The position numbers were made by a program, and so were the translations under genes. From contig JAWOHE010000047.1 of the NCBI GenBank assembly GCA_046485285.1, forward strand, positions 1-26,155: DNA of 26,155 nucleotides, given 5' to 3'. Numbering within the stretch: the stretch's first letter is position 1; every line of letters starts with the position of its first letter. The DNA is from a bacterium. GTDB lineage: Bacteria; Hydrothermota; Tepidihabitantia; Tepidihabitantales; Tepidihabitantaceae. The notes beneath the pieces are model-generated. The model saw only the letters and a program-made list of their open reading frames with translations, did no database searches and was not told the origin of the DNA. Below are positions 17,537-26,000 of this stretch, one piece after another.

Positions 17537-18253
17537 GTGGCACGCGGACTTGTCTGCATTCCGACCTACAATGAGAAAGACAACGTCGCGCGGATAATCG
17601 ACGCCGCGCTTGGCCAGGCGCCCGAGCTCGACGTCCTCGTCATCGATGACGGTTCGCCCGACGGCACCGGCGACATAGTCGAGGCGGTCACCCGGGTCAA
17701 TCCACGTGTCCACCTGATGCGCCGGCCGGGCAAGCTCGGACTCGGTACCGCCTACGTCGCCGGCTTCAAGTGGGGCCTGGACCGTGGCTACGACTACCTG
17801 TTCGAGATGGACGCCGATTTCTCGCACCCGCCCGAGAAACTGCCCGAGATGCTCCGGCTCCTGCGCGACCACGACCTCGTCATCGGCTCGCGTTATTGCG
17901 ACGGCATCAGCATCGTCCGCTGGCCGATGAAGCGGCTGCTGCTGTCCTACGGAGCATCGGTCTACGCCCGAATCGGCACCGGCTGCCCGGTACGCGACCT
18001 GACCGCCGGGTTCAAGGGCTACACGCGGCGGGCGCTCGAAGCCATCGACCTCGACGCGCTCAAACAGCAGGGCTACGGGTTCCAGATCGAGATCGTCTTC
18101 GCCATCTGGCGCAAAGGCCTGAGGCTGGTCGAGACGCCGATTGTCTTCACCGAGCGGCAGGCCGGGGTCTCGAAGATGTCGAGGAAGATAGTCTGGTCCG
18201 CGTTCTGGCTCGTCATCAGGCTCCGGTTACGCCGCTGGTTCGGGCGGGCCTGA
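17537..18253 (+). CDS. Polyprenol monophosphomannose synthase (DPM1-like GT2)
   Basis: IPTYNEKDN, IDDGSPDGTG, RPGKLGLGTAYVAGF, EMDADFSHPPE, DLVIGSRY, DLTAGFKGY, GYGFQIE, FTERQAGVSKMS. Confidence 0.9.
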   Translation: MARGLVCIPTYNEKDNVARIIDAALGQAPELDVLVIDDGSPDGTGDIVEAVTRVNPRVHLMRRPGKLGLGTAYVAGFKWGLDRGYDYLFEMDADFSHPPEKLPEMLRLLRDHDLVIGSRYCDGISIVRWPMKRLLLSYGASVYARIGTGCPVRDLTAGFKGYTRRALEAIDLDALKQQGYGFQIEIVFAIWRKGLRLVETPIVFTERQAGVSKMSRKIVWSAFWLVIRLRLRRWFGRA

Positions 18254-18281
18254 CCGCCCCACACCGGACGATACCCCGCGA

Positions 18282-18812
18282 TCAGCGGAAGTGTTCCGGC
18301 CGGACGCGGCCGGAGGGGTCGAACCCGACCCCCTCGATCTCCAGCAGGGTGCGCTTCATCGCGAGCCCGCCCTGGAACCCGCCAAGCGCGCCGTCGGAGC
18401 GGACGGCCCGGTGGCAGGGGATGATGACCGGGAAGGGGTTGCGGGCAAGGGCGCTGCCGACTGCGCGGGCAGCACCGGGCCGGCCGACCTGCTCGGCCAG
18501 CCGCCGGTAGCTGCTGACCCGGCCGCGGGGGATGCGGTGTTCGGCCTCGAGCACGGCGCGCTGAAATGGCGGACAGGTTTCGAGCGCGAGGAGGGCGAGC
18601 CCGAACCGGACCGGCTCGCCGGCCAGGAACCGGCAGATGTCTCCTGCAAGCCGGGTGACGGCAGGGCAGGTTCCCGGCGGCGCGGCCGGCCCGCGGCGGC
18701 CGGGCAGTTCGATGCGCAGGACCCTGGGGCCGGGCCGCCAGAGGATGCCGAGCGGGCCGAGCGGCGAGCCGGCGACCAGCCGGCGCGCGGTCGGTTCTTT
18801 CCGGGTCCTCAG
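18282..18812 (-). CDS. ogt: Methylated-DNA--protein-cysteine methyltransferase (probable CTG start)
   Basis: IPRGRVSSY...AARAVGSALARNPFPVIIPCHRAVRSDGALGGF..G..MKRTLLEIEG. The frame is open upstream of 18554 with SPLGPLGILW...FLAGEPVRF..LALETCPPFQRAVL back to a CTG at 18812. Confidence 0.85.
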   Translation of the reverse strand: MRTRKEPTARRLVAGSPLGPLGILWRPGPRVLRIELPGRRGPAAPPGTCPAVTRLAGDICRFLAGEPVRFGLALLALETCPPFQRAVLEAEHRIPRGRVSSYRRLAEQVGRPGAARAVGSALARNPFPVIIPCHRAVRSDGALGGFQGGLAMKRTLLEIEGVGFDPSGRVRPEHFR

Positions 18813-19318
18813 GACTTCTCCGCCGGGCCGTCCAGCGGTCCGGTGAACCGGGAGCTGATCGGCGCAAAGCCGAGGCCGCGGAAGAACGCCGCGGCGGTTG
18901 CGTTGAACTCGTAGACGTTGAGCTGAGCTTCGCTCGCGCCGCGGGCGGCGGCCCAGTCCGTCGCCGCGGCCATCAGCGAGCTGCCGATTCCCATCCGGCG
19001 TCGGGCCTCGTCGACGACTACCCCGCGAACCTTGAGGAAGAGCAGGGCAGGCTTGGTCGGGATGTCGGGTGAGCGTTCGAGACCGCAGTTGATTAGCCCG
19101 ACGACCGCTCCGCCTAGCTCGGCGACCGCGAGGAAGGTGGCCGGGTCGGCGATGAGAGACTCGATGTAACCGCGGGAGCGGTTCGGCCCATCGGGCCGGC
19201 GGAAGCGATCGGGCAGGCCTTCGCGGTGTATCCGGTCCAGTTGTTCGGCGAGGGCGTTGATGCGGTCATAGTCGGCGATGGTCGCCGGTCGGACCTCAAG
19301 ACCAGGTCGGATTGTCAT
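18809..19318 (-). CDS. GNAT-family N-acetyltransferase
   Basis: VRPATIADY, VVVDEARRRMGIGSSLM (motif A), LNVYEFNATAAAFFRGLGF. Confidence 0.9.
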   Translation of the reverse strand: MTIRPGLEVRPATIADYDRINALAEQLDRIHREGLPDRFRRPDGPNRSRGYIESLIADPATFLAVAELGGAVVGLINCGLERSPDIPTKPALLFLKVRGVVVDEARRRMGIGSSLMAAATDWAAARGASEAQLNVYEFNATAAAFFRGLGFAPISSRFTGPLDGPAEKS

Positions 19319-19416
19319 CGTCGGACGATAGTAGAAGCCGGGCAGTAAGTCTACCGGCGCGGCGGCGCGGCAGTGGGCGGCGGGGTCACCGCCGCCCGGC
19401 CGGCAATGTCAGCGTG

Positions 19417-19704
19417 TCAGCGAAGCTTGTTCTTGTCGATGTAGGCCCAGACACCCTTCATCAGGTCGAACCACTTTATCTCGGGCTTGTTGCCGAAAAT
19501 GACCTTCAGCCTGTCGTCGCTCTTGACCCTGAGCGCGGCGAGGCCCTTGCCCGCGCCCTTGGTCTTGAGGTTGTGCTTGTTGGCGTAGTCGGACAGGCCC
19601 TTCATGAGCTCGGTCGGCTTGAGCTCCTTCTTGCCGTAGATGGCCTGGAGGGCCGCATCGGCCCGGATGGTCATCGCGGCGAGACCCTTCTTCTTTGCGG
19701 GCAT
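19417..19704 (-). CDS. Small basic SWIB/MDM2-like protein with internal tandem duplication, 95 aa
   Basis: Two ~42-aa repeats, each resembling the SWIB N-terminal part (L.AI.G..E....LMKG.W.YI.K.KL); SD AAAGGAG; upstream TTGACT-16 nt-TAATCT. Confidence 0.75.
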   Translation of the reverse strand: MPAKKKGLAAMTIRADAALQAIYGKKELKPTELMKGLSDYANKHNLKTKGAGKGLAALRVKSDDRLKVIFGNKPEIKWFDLMKGVWAYIDKNKLR

Positions 19705-19802
19705 TTTGGCTCCTTTCGCCTTTGGCTTTCCGCTTCTCCAGTCGCGGCAGATTAGCACGCCCGGCCGCAAAGTCAATACCCGGGAAGGTGCGTCACGCAT
19801 CA

Positions 19803-19827
19803 CGCCGGGCGGTCGTGCCGCCCGGCG
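19803..19827 (-). terminator. GC hairpin downstream of tRNA-Leu
   Basis: CGCCGGGCGG-TCGTG-CCGCCCGGCG, perfect 10-bp stem; no U-tract. Confidence 0.4.
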
Positions 19828-19854
19828 CTCGCGCACGGCGGTGCCGCGCTGGGA

Positions 19855-19938
19855 TGCCGAGGGGGGGATTTGAACCCCCATGGGCGTGAACCCACTAACT
19901 CCTGAGGCTAGCGCGTCTGCCATTTCCGCCACCTCGGC
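19855..19938 (-). tRNA. tRNA-Leu(CAG), CCA not encoded
   Basis: GCCGAGG acceptor stem, D-loop GGAAATGGCAGAC, anticodon arm CTAGC-CTCAGGA-GTTAG, long variable arm, GGGGGTTCAAATCCCCC T arm, discriminator A. Confidence 0.95.
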
Positions 19939-19987
19939 GCACTCCAAGTTGTCGGGTGTCCGCGCGGCCGGGACACCAGCGGGCTCA

Positions 19988-20016
19988 AGGATAGCCGGCC
20001 GGGTGCCGCGAGTCAA
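19988..20016 (-). promoter_or_regulatory. sigma70 promoter for tRNA-Leu
   Basis: TTGACT-17 nt-TATCCT about 50 nt upstream of the tRNA 5' end. Confidence 0.55.
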
Positions 20017-20028
20017 GAAGCGGCACGG

Positions 20029-20342
20029 TCAGAACTCGATGACGAGCCCGGCCATCGGCCAGAAGGCCAGGCCGTGTACGGTCTGCCGCTTCGGACGACG
20101 ACCGGGTTGCGGGCCTGGCTGCGATACCCGATCATCGAGGCCTCGACCGACCAGACGCCGGTCGGGACGCCGGTAATGATGAAGCGGCCGTCCGGGTCGC
20201 AGGCGGCGCCGAGGTCGGTGTCAGTGACGATGACGCTGGCGCCGGCGAGCGGCGAGCGCGTGGCGACGTCGAGCACGACACCGGAGATGGTGCCGGTCGG
20301 GACCGCCGCGAGCGTTGACAGTATCAGGCAGGCAATCGACAT
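20029..20342 (-). pseudogene. TonB-dependent-receptor-like gene with large internal deletion
   Basis: Signal peptide + carboxypeptidase-regulatory-like domain (GTISGVVLD.ATRSPLAGASV...DPDGRFIITGVPTG...SMIGY), joined out of frame to QTVHGLAFWPMAGLVIEF* (stop 20031-20029). SD GGAGGT and TAGACA-16 nt-TAATAT promoter are retained. Confidence 0.7.
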
Positions 20343-20403
20343 CGTACCTCCGGGTAAGCTGTGCGATATTAGCCGGTTCCGGCGGCTTGTCTACAGTTAC
20401 CTG

Positions 20404-20631
20404 TTTGCCGCGGGATACGGGTTTGGGACACGATCTGTTTCGCATCCGATGCGAGTGCCCGTATTGTCGGACAATTCGGTCATGTCCCGCGCCGCGCTGC
20501 TCGACGCCTCCGGCCGGAAGGTGATGGAGCTCCAGCCCGGCGACAACGACGTCCGGCATCTCGCGCCCGGGGTGTACTTCGTCCGCAGGCAGGACACCGG
20601 CGAGTCGGCAAGGCTGGTGCTGGTCGAGTAG
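20404..20631 (+). pseudogene. Orphan T9SS-like C-terminal sorting domain fragment
   Basis: ..GTRS..SDNSVMSRAALLDASGRKVMELQPGDNDVRHLAPGVYFVRRQDTGESARLVLVE*, with no signal peptide or passenger domain. 5' boundary approximate. Confidence 0.7.
20425..20488. repeat. Third copy of the GGGACACGATC...CGGTCATGTCCC palindromic element, with nested 26-bp module
   Basis: Arms match the addA copies; the loop contains TGTTTCGCATCCGATGCGAGTGCCCG (20436-20461). Confidence 0.75.
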
Positions 20632-20846
20632 GGCGGTCCCCCTCCCGGGTCGGCCGACGGTGGGGAGAGAGTCACTGGCGGCAGCCGGCCGTCAACTCGC
20701 CCCTGACAGAGCGGGTCGGGGTACTATACTGCACTCGAAACAGGTCGGAAGCAGTGGCTGCGCGGCCTGTCGGACCGAGTTCAGCAAGCGGCACGATGGG
20801 GCAACACCGTGCCGGCGTGGCGAAGAGCCACCCAAGGAGGAGTCAG

Positions 20847-21035
20847 ATGCAACGTCCGTGCAGAGCGATAACCCTGCCCGGATTCTCCATCGTCTCCCTG
20901 CTTCTGTTCCAGCTTGCCGTCAGTGGCCTTGCCTCGGAACCTGGAACCCTGAAATGGTGGCATCGGACCGATCGCGATATCAGCTGCACCTCGCCAGCGC
21001 CGGAATGGAGTCTCCGGGTGATGCCGGGTGAATAG
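20847..21035 (+). pseudogene. 5' stub of a secreted PQQ-like beta-propeller protein
   Basis: SD AAGGAGGAG; signal peptide followed by PGTLKWWHRTDRDISCTSPA (first PQQ-type blade), then loss of similarity and a stop. Upstream CTGACA-16 nt-TATACT (20703-20730). Confidence 0.55.
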
Positions 21036-21376
21036 AGGAATGGCGAAACGAGGTAACCGTCAATGTCCGCACGCGAAGCTGGCAGGTCGCAGTCAACGGC
21101 CGGGTCAAGCGACATTTGCCGAGCCGAGGCGAGCGGCTCTGAACTGCCCGACACCAGCGCCGGGCACCGCGCTTCCCGGGCGGCCCGGGCCGGGCGTCAG
21201 GACCGGTCTGGCTCACGTAGACGCGCGACATCGCTGCGACATCGCGGCGCCACAAGCTACCTGCCGTGAGGCTCTTGTACGACCGGCAGACTTTGTCCCA
21301 CTGCGACAGGCCGGAACGTCGCACTGACGCACGTTCGTAAGTGACGGTCCTGCGGGCCTTGCGTCCCGGGCGCAAG

Positions 21377-21392
21377 TGGCACGGAACTTGCA
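21377..21392 (+). promoter_or_regulatory. sigma54 (-24/-12) promoter
   Basis: TGGCACG-GAAC-TTGCA matches the TGGCACG-N4-TTGC(A/T) consensus exactly. Confidence 0.75.
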
Positions 21393-21517
21393 TATGATGC
21401 AGGGTGTGCAGAGAGGCACCGAAAGGAGGAAACCGCCGATGCCAGCGTACAGTGCCGGTTCCGTTCTTTGACAATTCGGAGAACCCGGCCGGCCGCCGAG
21501 AGCCGGGCCGGGATTGA

Positions 21518-22942
21518 CTAGCTGGTGAGCAACAGCTTGAGGCGAACTGAATGCGGGCCGGATTCGACCCGCAGGAAGTAGGTCCCGGCCCGAAGGCCCC
21601 GGGTGCCGAGGTACCCGCCCCGGGTCTCGACAACCCTCACGACCCGGCCCGTTGCGTCGAGCAGACTCACACCCGCGGTCTCGGGCAATCCGACCAACCG
21701 CACGCTCACCCCGACCCGAGCCACCGACGGCTCGACCGACACTGCGGCCAGTCGCCGCCGCTCCCGCTCGGCGACGCCTGGCGTTCCATACGCCCAGACC
21801 TCGATCCCGTGGTCATACTCGAAGATGAGCTCGTTGCGGCCGTCGGCGTTGATGTCGTGGATGGTGATGAGGTCGCCTTCCGCCTCGTGCAACCACCAGA
21901 GGTAGAACGAGTCGTTGCCGGCGCACTTGAATACCAGCACGTGGCCCCCCGAGCTGGCGACCAGCTCAGGGATGGAATCGCCGTCGAGGTCGCCGACCGC
22001 AAGCCGACCGACGCCCCACATGCCGCCGCCCGGCATCGTCGCCTGCCAGACGCGCTCGAACGCACCGATGCCGGTCGCCTCGTACATCATCAACAACCCG
22101 CCTTCGCGGGTCCAGCCGCCGAAGAATGCCTCCGGCCGGCCGTCCCGGTCGATGTCCGGGCCCGCGGCCGCCCCGGTCACCCGACCGTTCCAGCCCGGGG
22201 CAGCCAGTTCCGCGTAGACGCAGACGAACGAGTCGTCGGCAACCGACTCCCATATCGACAGCCAGCCGTTCCAATCACCACCGCACAATTCGGGCCTGCC
22301 ATTGCCGTCAAGGTCGTCGGTGATGCAGATCTGTTGAGTGGGCGACACCAACGTGTCGGGGCCAACCTCGACGACAAGCGTGGCTATGGAATCGTAACGG
22401 TTGCCGCCCCGGTATTCGAAGAGCACCCGTGCGTTCTCCGTGATCACTGGGGTACCGATCGGCGCCGATATCTCGGACAGCGAGTCACCGTCGAGGTCGT
22501 GAATCGCACAGGCCAGGGGGCCAGTGACTCCGGCAAACGAATCCGCCCAGACGAGCGAGTCGGGGAATCGACCGGCATCTCGCGCCTTGTACAACGCCGG
22601 CCCGTTGTAGCAGGGGTCGGCGCTGAACTGGACCACAAGCTCGAGCCAGCCATCGCCATCCGCGTCGGCGAGGAACCAGGGATAGCCGAACGCGCCCGGG
22701 ACGTAGAGCGTATCGAAGTGGTTCCCGGCCCGATGCTCGAAAATCACAAGGCCGGGCGCGCGCCAGTCGTACGTGTACAGCTCAGGGCGGCCGTTGCGGA
22801 CTGCGTCGCCTGCGACCAGAGCACTGTATCCGGTCGCCGGCCCGAGCCGGGCAAAGAGGTGCATCTCGGCGGTGTCGGACGGGATGTCCGGGCCGCGTGC
22901 CGGCGCGGCCGCGAGCACGACGGCGATGAACAGCCCGCACAT
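21518..22942 (-). CDS. Secreted FG-GAP/VCBS-repeat protein with T9SS-like CTD
   Basis: Repeated DxDGDGxxEL motifs (DADGDGWLEL, DLDGDSLSEI, DLDGNGRPEL, DIDRDGRPEA, DLDGDSIPEL, DINADGRNEL); CTD LLDATGRVVR...LRAGTYFLRV...KLLLT. Confidence 0.88.
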   Translation of the reverse strand: MCGLFIAVVLAAAPARGPDIPSDTAEMHLFARLGPATGYSALVAGDAVRNGRPELYTYDWRAPGLVIFEHRAGNHFDTLYVPGAFGYPWFLADADGDGWLELVVQFSADPCYNGPALYKARDAGRFPDSLVWADSFAGVTGPLACAIHDLDGDSLSEISAPIGTPVITENARVLFEYRGGNRYDSIATLVVEVGPDTLVSPTQQICITDDLDGNGRPELCGGDWNGWLSIWESVADDSFVCVYAELAAPGWNGRVTGAAAGPDIDRDGRPEAFFGGWTREGGLLMMYEATGIGAFERVWQATMPGGGMWGVGRLAVGDLDGDSIPELVASSGGHVLVFKCAGNDSFYLWWLHEAEGDLITIHDINADGRNELIFEYDHGIEVWAYGTPGVAERERRRLAAVSVEPSVARVGVSVRLVGLPETAGVSLLDATGRVVRVVETRGGYLGTRGLRAGTYFLRVESGPHSVRLKLLLTS

Positions 22943-22951
22943 CGTGTCGTG

Positions 22952-22979
22952 ATAGTAACCGGCAGGCTGTCCGTGTCAA
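22952..22979 (-). promoter_or_regulatory. sigma70 promoter of the FG-GAP gene
   Basis: TTGACA(22979-22974)-16 nt-TACTAT(22957-22952), 9 nt from the ATG. Confidence 0.6.
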
Positions 22980-23058
22980 GAGCGAGAGGAGGTGAGCCTC
23001 GGAAGTATCCGAAGGTCCGGGAAGGAGACCGTCAAGTCCGACAAGACAGGAGGAAGAC

Positions 23059-26000
23059 ATGACCGGAACCGCAAGAAGGAACGCACTGATGGTACTGCTG
23101 CTGGCCGCGGGCGTGATGACTGGACAGGAACGCCAATGGGCGGTGGTGCGCAGGTATCAGCTCTCTCAGCCTCCCAGTTTGAAAACCTATCTCGTCCCGA
23201 ACAACAGTTGGGCGATAACGAGGGCGACAGGGCACATCGTCACTGCGCGCACATACGGCACCAACACTGTCTGGATTGACAGGATTCCCATCGGCGGCGG
23301 GCAGCCGAGCAGCACATCGCTCAGCTCAGGTGTGGACGCAGTGGTTCGCGACGTCAGCATCGCCCGCGTACCGCATTGTCCCAGTACGCTGGCCTTCGTG
23401 GTCAAGCTGGACAATGAGGTGTACATTCGTCGGAGCATCAATAGCGGCGCCAACTGGAGTCCCGAATTCAAGGTCTCTGGGGAGTACTCGGGCGGGCTCG
23501 AGCACGTCACGGTTCGTCATCCGTCACTGGCAGTTGACAGTGCACACTACAAGAGCCGGGCCGAAGTTGCGTGGGCCGATTCATTCCCCAGCATCGGTTG
23601 GTGCACGTACACCCGGTACGTGAACATGGACGGGGAGTGGACGGACTCGGTCCCGCCGAGGATGCTCCTCAAGTGCGCTCAATGGGGAGTGCCAGGCGGA
23701 GGAGCAGACTATCCATCAGTCGGAGGTCGGCTGGGCGAAACGTACCGGCTCGTCGCTTCGGAGTTTGTGCGCGGAGCCGGTCCTGACTACCGCGAGATCA
23801 TGTTCAGAGGAAGCGAGGGCGGAGGGAGTACTGCCCACTACGTGACCGACAACGTGGTGCCGGATGCCCGCCCGAGTCTTGCCTGGAGGAATCTACCATC
23901 CGGGACAGCCGACACGACCTACATCGCCTATCAGCAGCAGATGACCGACGGTTCATTCGAGGTCAAGCTGTCGCATGCGCATGAGGACAACCCGAGCAAC
24001 TGGTTCCACACCACGCCCTGTTCGACCTGGCAGCGCAACAACTTCCTCAAGTTCGGCGACGTCCGGCACCCGAGCCTCTGGTGCAGTGGACCTTCGTCTT
24101 CCAGCGCAGACACGCTCTACATGGTCATGGTGGTCGGTCATCTCAGCGACCCCGGGGCCAAGTATCTCTACTTCACTTCCAGTGACGCAGGGCACATCGG
24201 CTATGACTGGCGGACGCCGAGTATGATATCCGGCATCACCAGCGACTCCGTGTCCATCTGCGCTCACGGCGACACCGCCTATGCCGTGTACAACCGGCAT
24301 CACCGGTGGGGTCAGCCGGAGAGCACCCGGAGCTTCGTGGTCATGCTCAGGCTGGTGCAGACCCGGCGGCTGCCGCAGGGCGAAGTCGACGGCAATGCGG
24401 GTAACCGGCCGCTGGTACAACTCCAGGGCGGAGGCCTCATGTTCCGCGCCCTGTCCACCGAGGACATCGTGAGCGCCGAACGGTCCACCGATGGCGGGAC
24501 GACCTGGTTCGGAATGCTCACTCCCGGAGTCGGCGGAAGCCCGAGCATCGCCGTTGGCAGCGATACGGTGCCGTGCGTGATCTTCACCCGCGCCGACACA
24601 GTCTACTGCTCCTGGTGGAGCACGGACTACCAGGACTGGGCCGAGCCGGTGACTGTGTTCATCGGTGCGGCGGACGCCGTTCCCGGCCCGGTCTCGGTCG
24701 CGCTCTATCCCGGGCTGCATGACGGGGTGAAGGTGGCGGCGGTGACGTTCGCGGTCTACGACCCGACCGCGGGGAGTTCCCTCGTTCTGTTCGCCAAGGC
24801 GGATTCCGGCCGGGTCCTGCTCGACACCGTCGCGACCGCCAACTCGCTGGCGGACAGCTTCCCGCAGGTGGTCCTCTGTGGCGACAGCACCGCCTACGTC
24901 GTCTGGCAGAGCTACGGCCAAGTCCTGAGCCGTCAGAAGGACTTCGATCCGTCCTGCTGGACGGCCCACGGCAGCGACTGGGGGTCGAGCATTGCACTGA
25001 GCGCGAGCGGCGCGAGGCCGTCACTGAGCGCCGAGGACGGCATCATCCACGCGGTATGGCGGGAGGTCGAGGACACTGGGATGGAGGACCTCTACGTCAT
25101 CAGGAGCAAGAGTTGCGACCACGCCGGAGTGCAGTGGACCGGCTGGCAGGACGACGGCTCGGCAAGCGCGACCGACAACCGGGAGAAGGACTGGCCGGGC
25201 TATGCCGGCGCAGGCGTGACCTACTGGCTTGAGCGGGTCAGCGGCGTCTGGAACGTCCTCGCCCGGGTACGAGGCGACACCGTGACGCTGGTGGACACGG
25301 ACGCGAACTCGTATCTCCCTTCTGCGGTGGCCGAATCGTCCGCGGTCTCACCGTCAGTCAACCAGGTTCGAGTCAAGCTGCACTGGGCGGAAGAGCTGCC
25401 GAGCGACTCATGCGAGTACCGGTTCGGAGTATGCTCGCTCAACGTTTCGAGTGCGGGCAGCAACGCGACCGGGCAGAACAACGGGGTCAAGCTCATCCGC
25501 AAGGACGGGTCGGACTCGCTCTTCGCGGTGTACTCGGACGTCAACGGCAGCCTGATGTACGCCCGCTCGGCCGGCGGCGGCGCGTGGACCCGGACCGCGC
25601 TCGGGAGCGACGCGGCCGAGCCGGCGCTGGCCGCGGACTCGACCGGCCGGCAGTGGGTGGCGAGCCGGTACGTCGGGATGGCCGGGGCTCCCCGGGTCGA
25701 GCTGGTCTACCGGGACGGCGCGGGCTGGTCCGGGTCCTGCCCGGTCTACGTGACCAGTCCGGGCAGTTCCGGGCCGGTCTCGGTCGCGGGCGCGTCCGAC
25801 GGCACGGACCCGTGCGTCTGGGCCGCCTTCCTTCTTAACAGCGGCGCGCCGACCGGGCCGTCGCGCTTCGTCGTCGTCGCCAAGGCCGACGGCGCGAAGC
25901 TCTTCCTCGACACCCTGGCGTCGGGCGGGAGCGAGCTGGGCGACCCGTCGATTGCGACCGAGCTGGCCGGCGGCGGCGACTACGTCCACGTCTGCTGGGA

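Noticed and set aside
18554-18812. Frameshifted ogt pseudogene
   Set aside because: The frame is continuous with no stop; only a canonical start codon is missing.
21463-21476. GTTCTTTGACAATT as a boxA antitermination site
   Set aside because: Short match only, with no downstream operon on that strand to antiterminate.
19855-21510. Integrative element at tRNA-Leu
   Set aside because: No integrase and no duplicated tRNA end seen; the remnants lie on the 5' side of the tRNA.
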